In this document: piece by piece, positions 9,957-20,164 of the stretch | How the letters are laid out: every line of letters begins with the position of its first letter | How positions within the stretch are numbered: position 1 is the first letter of the stretch | Source of the DNA: Candidatus Poribacteria bacterium | Lineage (GTDB): Bacteria > Poribacteria > WGA-4E > WGA-3G | Assembly: GCA_022822215.1 (NCBI GenBank) | Contig: JAJECD010000236.1 | Span: forward strand, 1 to 35,788 | Reading direction: 5' to 3' | Length of the DNA stretch: 35,788 nt | Notes under the pieces: generated by a model | The model's input: only the letters and a program-made list of their open reading frames with translations | What the model was told of the DNA's origin: nothing | Database searches by the model: none | Translations under genes and position numbers: made by a program

Positions 9957-10727
9957 ATGCCACAAATTGATCCAACCTATTTTGCCATTGTTGTTGCTGT
10001 CGTCATTATGTTGGGGACGAGCATCCGAATTCTTAAAGAATATGAGCGTGCTGTTATCTTTCGCCTCGGACGTTTAACTGGGACCCGCGGTCCGGGACTC
10101 GTGCTTATGATACCGTTCTGGATTGAGCGGATGCAAAAGATTAGTCTGCGGGTTATCGTCAACGATGTTACCCCACAAGACGTGATTACGAAGGATAACG
10201 TCTCTGTGAGTGTCAACGCTGTGCTGACTTTTAGAGTGACGGAACCCAATCGGGCGGTGATTGAAGTAGAAGACTTCGGTTTCGCGATCAGTCAAACGGC
10301 ACAGACGACGCTGCGGAGCGTCCTCGGCCGCGCGGAACTCGATGACCTCCTCTCGGAACGTGAAAAGTTAAATCAGGATTTGGAGGATATTATCAAAAAG
10401 CATTGTGAACCGTGGGGTGTTGAGGTGCTGGCGATGGAAATCAAACACGTCGATCTCCCCGTTGAGATGCAGCGTGCGATGGCGAAGCAGGCGGAAGCCG
10501 AGCGGGAACGTCGCGCCAAAGTCACACACGCCACCGGTGAGTTTGAGTCTGCAGAGGTTCTCACTAACGCTGCAGAAATCCTCAGTAAAACTCCGACAGC
10601 CGTGCAACTCCGATTCCTTCAAGCACTGGTAGAGGTCAGTGCGGAGAAGAATTCAACCGTTGTCTTCCCGATTCCGATAGACCTGCTCAGTCCGTTTCTT
10701 GAGAAGTTGCAGCCGGAGGAGAAGTGA
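9957..10727 (+). CDS. SPFH/band-7 stomatin-like (slipin) protein
   Basis: [47 protein letters not shown]. Confidence 0.95.
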   Translation: MPQIDPTYFAIVVAVVIMLGTSIRILKEYERAVIFRLGRLTGTRGPGLVLMIPFWIERMQKISLRVIVNDVTPQDVITKDNVSVSVNAVLTFRVTEPNRAVIEVEDFGFAISQTAQTTLRSVLGRAELDDLLSEREKLNQDLEDIIKKHCEPWGVEVLAMEIKHVDLPVEMQRAMAKQAEAERERRAKVTHATGEFESAEVLTNAAEILSKTPTAVQLRFLQALVEVSAEKNSTVVFPIPIDLLSPFLEKLQPEEK

Positions 10728-10752
10728 GGAAGCCCCCTCGGTTGTCTTACGG

Positions 10753-10778
10753 GTAGTAGGCACACGCCGCTGTGCCGT
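10753..10778 (+). repeat. GTAG-headed REP-like palindrome
   Basis: GTAGTA-GGCACA-cgccgc-TGTGCC between convergent genes. Confidence 0.55.
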
Positions 10779-11425
10779 CACACCAAATCAAGTGAGCCTG
10801 CGACCAAGACGAGATCCCGTACATCTACGATGCCGTCTTTGTTGACATCCGCGGGATGCTCTCCTTTCTGTCCAAAGTTTGCGGCAACAAAAACTAAATC
10901 AGAAATGTTTATGATGCCGTCTCCGTTGATGTCCTCTGGGCGTTTTTCGGGTTCGGGCATCGCATCCGTGAGTTGCCACAATAGCACCGTGCTGTCCCAA
11001 CTCCCAGTAGCGAGCGTTCCGCCATCCGGACTGAAGGCGACGCTGTTGACACCATCCGTATGCCTGGTGAGCGTGTGAAGTGTTCTGCCGGTTTCCACGT
11101 CCCATAAACGAATGGTATTGTCCGAACTGCCGCTTGCGCGTGTTTTTCCATCAGGGCTGAAGGAAATGCTATTGATCGTATCCGTATGCCCAATGAATAG
11201 GTCAAGTTCTTCACCGGTTTGTGTGTCGTATATCCAAACACCGATACGACTCGCGACTGCCAGACGTGTCCCATCTGCGGAATATTTTATCTCATGTATC
11301 GTCCCTTTATCGAGACGTATTATGGCACCTTCAGGGAGACCCCATTGGGTGTAGTCTTGGGCGAATGCACTTGGGATAGAGATTATTATAGTAAAGCCTA
11401 CAATTACTAAACTTTGGACAATTTT
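10778..11425 (-). pseudogene. WD40-repeat + dockerin-like protein lacking a canonical start codon (probable remnant)
   Basis: The frame is open from 11425: signal-peptide-like VIVGFTIIISIPSAFAQ, then TQWGLPEGA, about 3 WD40 repeats (GHTDTINSISFSPDG...IRLWD) and two Ca-binding loops (DINGDGIINISDL, DVNKDGIVDVRDL). An in-frame TAA at 11426-11428 precedes it, and the first standard start is GTG 11098. Confidence 0.75.
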
Positions 11426-11435
11426 TTAGTGGATC

Positions 11436-11508
11436 CTACATTTCGCCCCGCTGGGGCTTGCCTCTTGGGGATGTAGCATTTCTATAGACATTCCGCCCCG
11501 CTGGGGCT
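11436..11508. repeat. Tandem REP-like palindromes
   Basis: Identical CGCCCCGCTGGGGCT at 11444-11458 and 11494-11508 (50-bp period), with CTAC/CTAT motifs upstream. Confidence 0.75.
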
Positions 11509-11620
11509 GCGCTTGGGGGCATCTAAGTTTGTTTTTCTCTGAGTTGGGTTTGCGTAGGAAACTCACAGAGAAATCCGAAAACTCTTAAAATTGCTAAGTG
11601 AAACATCGGATCATCTAAGC

Positions 11621-12418
11621 ATGAACACACAACGGACAAGCAAGCAGATTCAATTTTACCGTGAAAATGGATTTCTGATTATTGACGATTTCCTGAACGG
11701 TGCCGAGTTGGCATCGTGGCAGGATACTGTTGACCAGGCTATCGCAGCACACGTAAGCCGTCTGGATACCCATCACAATCAGAGAGGCGAAGACGGTTAC
11801 TACAAGAATGTCTTCGTTCAATGCGTCAATTTGTGGAAGACGAGCGCGAAGGTTAAACAGTTGATTCTTGACCCCGAGTTGGGTAAACTGGCGGCAGATC
11901 TCGCCGGCACTTCAGGCGTGCGATTGTATCACGACCACGCCATGGTTAAACAACCGTGGGCAAATCCAACGAACTTTCATGTCGATAATCCGTATGACCC
12001 GTTTTATTCACATCAGGCGATTATGTTCTGGGTGGCACTTGATGATACAACAGTTCAGAACGGTTGTCTGTATTTTCTCCCCGGCACCCATAAGACAAGC
12101 GGCTTTGATATCGGTGGGAGTCTCGGAGAGGTCGGAATTGGTGAACTGTTTCGCGAGTATCCAGAGTGGTCAGAGATTGAACCCTATGCTGCTGAGATGA
12201 AAGCGGGAGCCGGTGTATTCATCAGCGGGATGGTCGCCCATGCAGCGGGTCCAAATATGACGACGCACCCCCGTCGGGCATTTGCTATGCTCTTTATGCC
12301 AGCAGATGCTACGTTCAATGGGAAGAAAAGCGCGTTGCCCGATGAAGTGTTTGCGAAGTTGGAAACCGGCGATGTGTTGGCGGATGATAAGCATCTGCCA
12401 TTGGTTTTTTCGTATTGA
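11621..12418 (+). CDS. Phytanoyl-CoA dioxygenase (PhyH) family Fe(II)/2OG oxygenase
   Basis: FYRENGFL, HVD, WVALDD, NGCLYFLPGTH, AHAAGPN (HxD...H triad). Confidence 0.92.
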   Translation: MNTQRTSKQIQFYRENGFLIIDDFLNGAELASWQDTVDQAIAAHVSRLDTHHNQRGEDGYYKNVFVQCVNLWKTSAKVKQLILDPELGKLAADLAGTSGVRLYHDHAMVKQPWANPTNFHVDNPYDPFYSHQAIMFWVALDDTTVQNGCLYFLPGTHKTSGFDIGGSLGEVGIGELFREYPEWSEIEPYAAEMKAGAGVFISGMVAHAAGPNMTTHPRRAFAMLFMPADATFNGKKSALPDEVFAKLETGDVLADDKHLPLVFSY

Positions 12419-12775
12419 GATGGTCGTACATCGTCAGATCAGTCTTATTGGATAGAAAGTCAGCTCCCTTCGAGTTGAGAAACACTCGGTTCTGCAGTAT
12501 ATCTGGTGGACACCGTGTGCAGATTGCACGGAACGCACCCCGAGCGAAAAAGGAGCGAATGATGAGATACCGAATGACGGCCTCGAGGATGTCTTGGTGG
12601 ATGAGGGACATTGGGTGACACAAGGTACATACAATGCTTATGGAATTATCGTCTTGACGCGAAAATCGATGACGGGCGAGTTTGAAGTTGCCCGACCTTT
12701 GGATCCCAGGGCGTCTCCATATTTCTTTGATTGAGCGTTTGAATAAAATGGCAGTCCTTTTCACCTATGGTTCCA

Positions 12776-13705
12776 CTACGTCGCGTTCACGACCCCTTTG
12801 ATGTAACTACCATCTCCATTCGTTGCTTCTTTGAGAAGTGAGGGATAATCTTCAAGCTGGACGATGTGCGTTACAAGCGGTCTTAAGTCGATGTGACCAC
12901 GCGCAAGCATCCGGATCGCTGGTGGGAATGTATCCCGTATCTTTGCGCCCGGTGATGAGCTCACCAAATTAAACGCGGCACCGTGCCACTCTTGACCGTT
13001 GATTGTCACTTCTTCTCGAACACAACCGAAGAGATTAATGTGCCCACCTCTGCGAACAATTTTAGTGGCGAGGTTTAACCCGGCACCCTTGCCAGAACAG
13101 TCGAACACCACGTCAATTGGACGTGCCTTCAATGCTGGTACCAGTTCGGACACCTCAATTTCCTTAGGGTTATAGGTGATTTCAGCACCGAGCGACTTCG
13201 CCAGATTTAGCCGTTTCTCAACGAGGTCTATGGCGATGAGGTCATTCGTGTAGAATCGGCTCAGCGCTTGGATGAACATAAGTCCCATAAAACCACACCC
13301 AATGACTACGACGTTGTCAGCCGGTAGCAGCGGTGCCGTGTCAAGTCCTGTTACAACACACGAGACTGGTTCAACTAACCAGTATTCGTCTGCAATGTCC
13401 GATTCTGGAAGGACATATACGTTATCGGCAAGGCAGTTCTTAATACCGTCGAACCCCAACCCTGTGCCTGTCACACGCGTTCCCTCTTCAATCCCTTGAA
13501 CATTGCTCCCGACTTTTGTGACATAGCCGACCCCTTCATGACCCGGCGGCGCGTAACCGCCGTCCTGAAAGGTTGCTAAATCCCAAGCGCAGACCCCACA
13601 GGCGGCGCGCTGCACCTGTACTTCACCCGCCTGCGGATCAGAGACATCAATATCAATAATCTCGACGCCACCGTTTTCTCCATATCTAATCGTTTGCGTT
13701 TTCAT
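12776..13705 (-). CDS. Zn-dependent MDR alcohol/sugar dehydrogenase
   Basis: GVCAWD, GHEGVG, VEPVSC, GCGFMG, VFDCSG; GGAGG RBS before ATG 13705. Confidence 0.9.
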   Translation of the reverse strand: MKTQTIRYGENGGVEIIDIDVSDPQAGEVQVQRAACGVCAWDLATFQDGGYAPPGHEGVGYVTKVGSNVQGIEEGTRVTGTGLGFDGIKNCLADNVYVLPESDIADEYWLVEPVSCVVTGLDTAPLLPADNVVVIGCGFMGLMFIQALSRFYTNDLIAIDLVEKRLNLAKSLGAEITYNPKEIEVSELVPALKARPIDVVFDCSGKGAGLNLATKIVRRGGHINLFGCVREEVTINGQEWHGAAFNLVSSSPGAKIRDTFPPAIRMLARGHIDLRPLVTHIVQLEDYPSLLKEATNGDGSYIKGVVNAT

Positions 13706-14009
13706 TTGATGTGCCTCCCTGTCTGTTTGCTTCCATGTATGACCGGAGCACGGTGTTAATTTGTGCTTCGTAATCAACGTTACGGGCTTTGAACCACTTT
13801 AAGATATCCTGATCGATACTTGTAAAGTGTGAAGGGAGAGGGGCGGTTTTCCAAAAAGTTTCATCGGTAGGTTGGACATCTTTATCATTAAGCGCGTCCT
13901 GATAAACTTCCGCATCGCTCATTGCATCGACCTTCTCCCAATCCGTTTCATCAGGAACGTGTGCCAGTTCTTCACGCGTATATTTGACTAAAGTAGATTT
14001 GTCTTTCAT
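13686..14009 (-). CDS. brnA: BrnA-family antitoxin
   Basis: TDWEKVDAMSD and IDQDILKWFK...YEAQINTVLRSYM (RHH-like); overlaps the brnT 3' end; ATG 14009. Confidence 0.85.
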   Translation of the reverse strand: MKDKSTLVKYTREELAHVPDETDWEKVDAMSDAEVYQDALNDKDVQPTDETFWKTAPLPSHFTSIDQDILKWFKARNVDYEAQINTVLRSYMEANRQGGTSNENAND

Positions 14010-14250
14010 TTTTAGTTGCCTTCCTTGCTGAAATAATACGACGCGTGTAGCCGCGCCACGTATAAACCACATACAAGAGACGACCCGCGCTTCGGCCAAG
14101 GACAACGATCCTTTCTTCGCCGTAGTCGTATCGAACATCTACGCGCTCTATCCGATCAGGATCATCAAAGACGAGGGCAGCGCGTTTGAAACTAATTCCA
14201 CGTTTTTGGATACATTCTTGATTCTTCTGTTCGTCCCATTCAAATTCCAT
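13972..14250 (-). CDS. brnT: BrnT-family toxin (RNase)
   Basis: MEFEWDEQKN, GISF, YGEER, RIISARKAT. Confidence 0.93.
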   Translation of the reverse strand: MEFEWDEQKNQECIQKRGISFKRAALVFDDPDRIERVDVRYDYGEERIVVLGRSAGRLLYVVYTWRGYTRRIISARKATKNERQIYFSQIYA

Positions 14251-14342
14251 TATGGCTGGTTTGAGGCGTGTCTTATCCTAATTCTTACCAAGTTGTGTAC
14301 AGTATAACATACTTTGTGTGAATAGTTAAGGGAAATCTAATT

Positions 14343-15233
14343 CTACAAATTGTTAGAAGGTTCGATGAGATAGGGAACCTGCCAGTCGGTGTTCCGAATA
14401 TAGTGCCTCCAGAAGTAGATAGCACAAGGTATGAGAATCACAAACCCTATAAGCCCTATCCACCACAATTCTTGAAACCCTTCGATTGTCAGTTGTGACG
14501 AGGAATCGTCAGACTGTATCTCAAGCCACTCCATAATTGATGGGATACTATTATTTGCTATATGGATCACCGTTGGAATAAAGAGCGACTTCGTTCGGAT
14601 ATAAAAAATAGCCATCATACAACCGAAACAGAAACTACTAATAGGATCCGGATGTAGGATGGCAAAGATCAAAGACGACGCGAAGATACTTTTTGACACA
14701 CCCCACTTGAAACTCCATCGCGTCAACAAGATACCGCGGAAGAAGAACTCCTCGATAACTGGAGCAAGTAAGATAATTGTGAAGGAATCCAACAAATTCG
14801 CAAGAATATGTTTGTTACCGCTCGGCATAGCCCTGGCCGCACCACTTTCAATAAACTGCTCTTTGAAAAAATCAGGCATGAAGATGGATACAGGGAAGTA
14901 AAGCAGAAAAAGGCATGAAAGGGAAAGGATCACAAGTGGTACTGCCCACAGACTGTAACGCCCAAGCGTACGCCACGGCGGAAGCGTTCCGCACAATCGA
15001 CTGTAAGACAAGCCTGTGCCAGACAGCATACCGAGGGTAAAAAGAAGAAAGAAAACGTACAGCAGGAGATTGATTAAAGCCTCTCGAAGTGGAGACGACT
15101 CCCCTTTGAACCAGGCAGGCAAGAGTTCTCCAAGGATAAAAATACTAAGCATAGTCGCGATAAACGCTAAGATAGCATAGCCGACTAATGCTCTAAATCG
15201 GATGCTTTCAAAGGGATTTGAATCAATTTGCAT
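14343..15233 (-). CDS. CPBP/Abi (type II CAAX) intramembrane metalloprotease
   Basis: Multiple TM helices; APVIEEFFFRG, FAILH, IHIANN. Confidence 0.92.
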   Translation of the reverse strand: MQIDSNPFESIRFRALVGYAILAFIATMLSIFILGELLPAWFKGESSPLREALINLLLYVFFLLFTLGMLSGTGLSYSRLCGTLPPWRTLGRYSLWAVPLVILSLSCLFLLYFPVSIFMPDFFKEQFIESGAARAMPSGNKHILANLLDSFTIILLAPVIEEFFFRGILLTRWSFKWGVSKSIFASSLIFAILHPDPISSFCFGCMMAIFYIRTKSLFIPTVIHIANNSIPSIMEWLEIQSDDSSSQLTIEGFQELWWIGLIGFVILIPCAIYFWRHYIRNTDWQVPYLIEPSNNL

Positions 15234-15272
15234 ACTAATGTTTGCATCCCCACTGTTCTTGTGCTTTATCTA

Positions 15273-16433
15273 CTACCAGTTCGTATGGGATCCGTCCCGT
15301 CGGCGAAGATGTGGCGGTTCTGAGAATTTGAAGGTCTGGGACCTTACGAGTTCTTCATTAACTTCAACGCCCAAGCCGGGCCCGTCCGGGACGGGTATCG
15401 CTGCGCCTTCCAGCTTATGTTGCACGGGAAACAGATCTTCATCATAGTGCCCAGATGCCTCTGTTGGAGAAACCCGGATTTCTAACCAAGCGAAGTTCGG
15501 AACTGCTGCTGCGAGATGAACCGTCGCAGCCGTGCATATAGGACCTAACGGGTTATGGGGCATTAAGTCAATATAGTGTGTCTCCGCTAAACTCGCGACT
15601 TTCATTGCTTCTGTCAAACCACCGACGTTACAGACATCAAGGCGTGCAAAGTTCGTGATACCGCGCGCCAGATAGGGGAGAAACTGCCATTTACTGGAAA
15701 ATTCCTCACCAATCGCGAATGGAATATCGGTCATTGTCCGTAGAGACTCATACGCCTCTGGCGTTTCGTCTCGGATGGGTTCTTCCAGAAAATCAAGCGT
15801 ACCAGACGGCATACGCTGACAAAAGGACGCGGCTTCCGCAACGCTGAGTCGGTGATGGTAGTCGATACCGAGAACGGGTTCAGAGCCGATGGCTTCTCGT
15901 AGTGCGGTTAACCACTCCGCTGCGAGACTAATGGACTCACGCGGTTCAAAGATGTTTTCCTCACCCGGTTTTGCACGATGCAGTACGTTTGTGCGGATGA
16001 CGTTCCAACCGTTATCAAGCAATAATTGGGCATTTTCGATCAACTGCTCAACCGATGCTGCACCCGTTGTGGCGAAACACGGCACACGGTCTCGCTGTTT
16101 CCCGCCCAGCAGTTGATAAACCGGTACGTTCAACGCCTTTCCTACAATATCGTGGAGTGCGATGTCAATTGCTGAGATCGCGCCTGTTAAGGCACGACCG
16201 CCCTCGAAGTATTGGCTCCGATACATCTCTTGCCATAAGCCACCGATCCGCATCGGGTCACATCCGATGAGGAATTCGCGGTAGTGTCTGACTGCACCCG
16301 CAACAGCCAATTCTCGACTCGAAAGCCCTGATTCACCCCACCCGTAAATGCCTTCGTCGGTCTCTACTTTAACGATGTGTTGATTCCGATGTCCTACCCA
16401 AACAGGGAACGGTTTGATGTCCGTAATTTTCAT
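15273..16433 (-). CDS. Mandelate racemase/galactonate dehydratase-like enolase superfamily protein
   Basis: VETDEGIYGWGE, AIDIALHDIVGK, IDYH, FLEEP, GEEF, MPHNPLGP. Confidence 0.92.
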   Translation of the reverse strand: MKITDIKPFPVWVGHRNQHIVKVETDEGIYGWGESGLSSRELAVAGAVRHYREFLIGCDPMRIGGLWQEMYRSQYFEGGRALTGAISAIDIALHDIVGKALNVPVYQLLGGKQRDRVPCFATTGAASVEQLIENAQLLLDNGWNVIRTNVLHRAKPGEENIFEPRESISLAAEWLTALREAIGSEPVLGIDYHHRLSVAEAASFCQRMPSGTLDFLEEPIRDETPEAYESLRTMTDIPFAIGEEFSSKWQFLPYLARGITNFARLDVCNVGGLTEAMKVASLAETHYIDLMPHNPLGPICTAATVHLAAAVPNFAWLEIRVSPTEASGHYDEDLFPVQHKLEGAAIPVPDGPGLGVEVNEELVRSQTFKFSEPPHLRRRDGSHTNW

Positions 16434-16615
16434 AGTGCATTTCTCCTTAAAATTTATCCTGAGTTTCTAATCCTTATACCAAATCGGTTGGTAGTTGTCA
16501 ATCGGTTTTTGTGTCTGCTGCCCGCTACTGACTGCTGATCGCCAAAAATCCTATCGCACTTGAATTGAATCAACAAGTCTGATACAATGCCAAAAAAGCA
16601 AAGGAGGACATTCAG

Positions 16616-17458
16616 ATGGCTGAAAACCAGATTAAAGTGGCAGCATGCCAATTACTCACAAGTGAGGATGTTTCTGCCAACACTGTCAAGGTATTGGAAC
16701 AAATCGAAGCGTGTGCAGAGATCGGGGTTCAGATTGCGGCATTCCCAGAAGGGTGTCTGTTCGGTTACTGCTGCCGTACAGATTATTGGAAACGTATCTC
16801 ACCACAGGTTTTTAAAGAGGCTGAAGCAGAAATCGCTGAAGCAGCACGTCGGCACGCGATGGCTGTTGTTGTTGGTTCAGCGCATCACGATGGCGCAAAT
16901 TGGCATAACGACCTCGCCGTATTCGATCAGCAAGGACTCCTCAAATACCGTTACGGTAAGACCTTTCTTGCAGGAGAAAAATGGTGCATCAATAACCGTG
17001 GCAAACTACCGATCGTTGAACTTGCGGGTGTTGGTTGTTGTTTTATTATCTGCCACGATGTCCGCTACCCTGAGTTAGTCAAGCTTCCAGCAGCGATGGG
17101 TGCACAACTCTGTATTTTTTGCTCGTGCGAATCGGGGCTGCTCTCGGAATATAAACTTTCTGCTTATCGCGCCATGCCGATTTCACGTGCGACGGAGAAC
17201 GGGGTCTATCTCCTGATGGCGAATACACCGGCGAATCCTGAGGACATCCGCTCCCCCGGATCATCGCACGGCAACTCGAAGATTATCCATCCTGATGGCA
17301 ACGTCATCAAAGAGGCGGGATTTTTTGGAGACACCATCATTGCTGAAACAATAGACATTTCACAAGCAACTGGCTCACAAGCGAAACGGACTTATGATGA
17401 GGATACCATCCTTCGAGAATGGTTCCGACAAGGCTGTGAGTTTGTTGTGAAGGTTTAG
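16616..17458 (+). CDS. Carbon-nitrogen hydrolase (nitrilase superfamily)
   Basis: E-K-C triad: FPEG, YGKTFL, ICHDVRYPE. Confidence 0.92.
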   Translation: MAENQIKVAACQLLTSEDVSANTVKVLEQIEACAEIGVQIAAFPEGCLFGYCCRTDYWKRISPQVFKEAEAEIAEAARRHAMAVVVGSAHHDGANWHNDLAVFDQQGLLKYRYGKTFLAGEKWCINNRGKLPIVELAGVGCCFIICHDVRYPELVKLPAAMGAQLCIFCSCESGLLSEYKLSAYRAMPISRATENGVYLLMANTPANPEDIRSPGSSHGNSKIIHPDGNVIKEAGFFGDTIIAETIDISQATGSQAKRTYDEDTILREWFRQGCEFVVKV

Positions 17459-17484
17459 CACAAAACATTTAAGGAAGAAGATTC

Positions 17485-18738
17485 ATGTCAGATCAAATCG
17501 TTTGTATCCGCGCTAATTCGCTCGTTGATGGGATCAGCACGTCTGCCAAAACGCATCAGGCAATCCTTGTGACCAACGGACGCATTGACGCTGTTGGTCC
17601 TCAAGAAGAGATTGCCAAAAAAACACCGCCTGACGCACAAGTTATTGACCTCGGTGCCGCGTGTCTCGCCTCGGGTCTCATCGACGGACATACACACCTG
17701 AGCCTTGCAGGTGACGGGCGGAACTATGTGCAGATGTTCTCTGAAACCGATGAGATGATGGTGTTGACTGGTGCGATGAACCTGCAATGCCATCTCGCCG
17801 CGGGGATTACGACAATCCGTGAGCACGGCGCGCGGAACAAAGTCGGATTTACGCTCAAAGAGGGGCTTGAACGCGGTTACATTCCTGGTCCACGTGCCTT
17901 AGTCAGTGGACGACCCATCACTTGCACAGGCGGACATTTCCATGTATGTAACGAGACAGCGGATGGTGAGGCGGAGATGCGCCGTTCCGTCCGCCGCTTG
18001 GTTCACGAAGGCGCGGATTATATCAAGATTATGGCATCAGGTGGTGGGACTGCCGGAACGATTCCGGGACGCGCCAGCTACTCTGTTGCTGAGTTGCACG
18101 CCGCTGTCCATGAAGCGCACCACTTCCACCGGCTCACAGTGGCACACTGCCGCGCGAAGGAATCGATGGTGCGAGCGGTTGAAGCGGGTATTGACCTGAT
18201 GGAGCATGCGGAATTTCTCGATCCGGACGGTGAACTCCGATTCGATCCTAAAATTGCGGAGATGATGGCGGAATCTGGTATCTGGATCAGTCCAACACTT
18301 CAAGCGTGGACAGGGTATCCGCGCATCGTTGAACTTCGCAAAAAACGGGACAGTGGAACAATTTCTGCCGGTGAAACGACTGAATTAAAACAAAGCGAAG
18401 CGCGGGCAGAAGTCCGATTGGACGTGATGCGGCGTATGCTCGACTATGACCTCCGGGATAGGATTGTGCCAGGGACTGATTCAGGTGTTGGCAATCTCGC
18501 ATTCGGGCATCTTGATTACGATTTGCAACTGCTTGTCGAAGTCGGATTTACACCGGCAGAGGCACTCATTTCAGCGACCCGTATCTCCGCCGAGGCAATC
18601 GGCATGGCAGATGAGATTGGGACGATTGCCCCGGGCAAAATTGCTGACCTCGTCGCTTTTGAGACTGATCCGACGAACGATGTGGGTACGTTTAGCCGAG
18701 TGGTTGCGGTGTTTCAAGCGGGGAAGCGGGTGAAATGA
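17485..18738 (+). CDS. Metal-dependent amidohydrolase (prolidase-like subgroup)
   Basis: GLIDGHTHL, YIKIMASGG, VAHC, MEHA, GTDSG, GKIADLV. Confidence 0.92.
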   Translation: MSDQIVCIRANSLVDGISTSAKTHQAILVTNGRIDAVGPQEEIAKKTPPDAQVIDLGAACLASGLIDGHTHLSLAGDGRNYVQMFSETDEMMVLTGAMNLQCHLAAGITTIREHGARNKVGFTLKEGLERGYIPGPRALVSGRPITCTGGHFHVCNETADGEAEMRRSVRRLVHEGADYIKIMASGGGTAGTIPGRASYSVAELHAAVHEAHHFHRLTVAHCRAKESMVRAVEAGIDLMEHAEFLDPDGELRFDPKIAEMMAESGIWISPTLQAWTGYPRIVELRKKRDSGTISAGETTELKQSEARAEVRLDVMRRMLDYDLRDRIVPGTDSGVGNLAFGHLDYDLQLLVEVGFTPAEALISATRISAEAIGMADEIGTIAPGKIADLVAFETDPTNDVGTFSRVVAVFQAGKRVK

Positions 18739-18752
18739 GGCACAGTATGCAG

Positions 18753-19505
18753 TCAAAACTCATAGATGTCTTCACGCCGTTTTGCGACCTTATGTCGGAC
18801 GAGTGCTTGTAGGTCTTCCGGCATTTTTGCGAAGGTTTCAGGAAAAACGGGTTGGTGTCCGCCCTCGCGCATGAGATTCCACCAAGCAGGATAGTAAGCA
18901 ATATTCAGTGCCATACGGTGTTGATCGTCGGTTGTGTTCGCCCCCTGTCCGTGCCATGTCCCACCGTGCCATAACAACACAGAGCCACGCCGTCCGCAGA
19001 CAGGCACTGGATGACTCTCTGCAATATCGGATTGCGAGGGTCTACGCCGTGCGCGATGACTGAATGGCACAACGAGCGTCGCACCGTTCTCAACTGTGAA
19101 ATCCGTTATCATCCAAATCGAATTAATCATCCACGGCGTTTCTGGGAGGCGCGCTGGCAAGTCGTGCGTCGAATCGGAGTGAATGCCACCCTGTGGTGCG
19201 CGCGGTTTGACCCATTTTGTACACGCCTCACCGAGTCTTGCGCTCTCACCGAGAAAGTGACGGATGACTTGTAGCACCTGTGGATGCGCGATGCACTCCC
19301 AGCACATCTCATCGAGGTTGACTACACCGAAAAGCGTTTGATACAGTTCAGCATCTGGATCCTGAAAAGCCTGTCGATTCGTTGAGTCTTGATGAAGTTG
19401 GAAATACTTCTTCGCCATCGCGTCGGCTTGCGTTACGGGGATTGCGTCCTCAATTAAGCAATAACCGAATGTTTCGAGATGCTCTATTGCGTTTTGTTGT
19501 CGCAT
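18753..19505 (-). CDS. PhyH family Fe(II)/2OG oxygenase
   Basis: IHSD, DFTVENGAT, PFSH, TWHGQGAN. Confidence 0.92.
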   Translation of the reverse strand: MRQQNAIEHLETFGYCLIEDAIPVTQADAMAKKYFQLHQDSTNRQAFQDPDAELYQTLFGVVNLDEMCWECIAHPQVLQVIRHFLGESARLGEACTKWVKPRAPQGGIHSDSTHDLPARLPETPWMINSIWMITDFTVENGATLVVPFSHRARRRPSQSDIAESHPVPVCGRRGSVLLWHGGTWHGQGANTTDDQHRMALNIAYYPAWWNLMREGGHQPVFPETFAKMPEDLQALVRHKVAKRREDIYEF

Positions 19506-20033
19506 TTACTGATCTCCGTTTCTCTTTTTGTTACGAAACACCAACATAAATCTGTTTTCTTCTATTTGCACAACGCGTTCTAAAAGAAAGTACTTCTCAA
19601 TAATGTGCTTAGCAAAAGGGACTGTCCAAAAGTAGGTTGGATACGCGTACGTACCTTTGTCAGGAATTGTCTTACTTCCTCCTATCAAACCCGTCTGCAC
19701 ATCATATCGCTCTGGAAGTGCTTTCTCCCCCGCTCTTTTGACTAATTCATCGTGCATAATGACAACGAACATACCCTTATCCGATAGAATCCGTTTCAGC
19801 TGGACTGATGCGAAGTCGATGCCTGTTGCTATTGCGCCCATGTCTGCCATGGCAAAGGTAAACCGTCCTGCATTGCAGCCCAAGTCTAATGCGCGCATGC
19901 CGGGTCTTACGAGTTTGCGCAAGTGGTCTTCATATCTATCAACGGCAAATTGGGATCTTGGATTGTCGGGATCGGTTGTCGGATGGACCCCTCCTGCATT
20001 GTAATGTTTTCGAGTTGCCTTGAATACGCTCAT
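19506..20033 (-). CDS. Class I SAM-dependent methyltransferase, apparently internally deleted
   Basis: ALDLGCNAG and GIDFAS run directly into QLKRILSDKG, so the central motifs appear absent. Start is ATG 20033 or TTG 20051. Confidence 0.65.
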   Translation of the reverse strand: MSVFKATRKHYNAGGVHPTTDPDNPRSQFAVDRYEDHLRKLVRPGMRALDLGCNAGRFTFAMADMGAIATGIDFASVQLKRILSDKGMFVVIMHDELVKRAGEKALPERYDVQTGLIGGSKTIPDKGTYAYPTYFWTVPFAKHIIEKYFLLERVVQIEENRFMLVFRNKKRNGDQ

Positions 20034-20164
20034 GTGTCTCTTTTCCTTCAAATATCGCTTGCATTGTCTGGTGTTATCGTGTAAATTAGCAGATAGGATG
20101 CATCATACATTTTACCATAGTTTATCATGTAGGAAAAGAAAAAATAACTGGAATACAATACACT

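Noticed and set aside
11436-11508. Mini CRISPR array
   Set aside because: Only two 15-bp palindromic units and no cas genes; REP-like.
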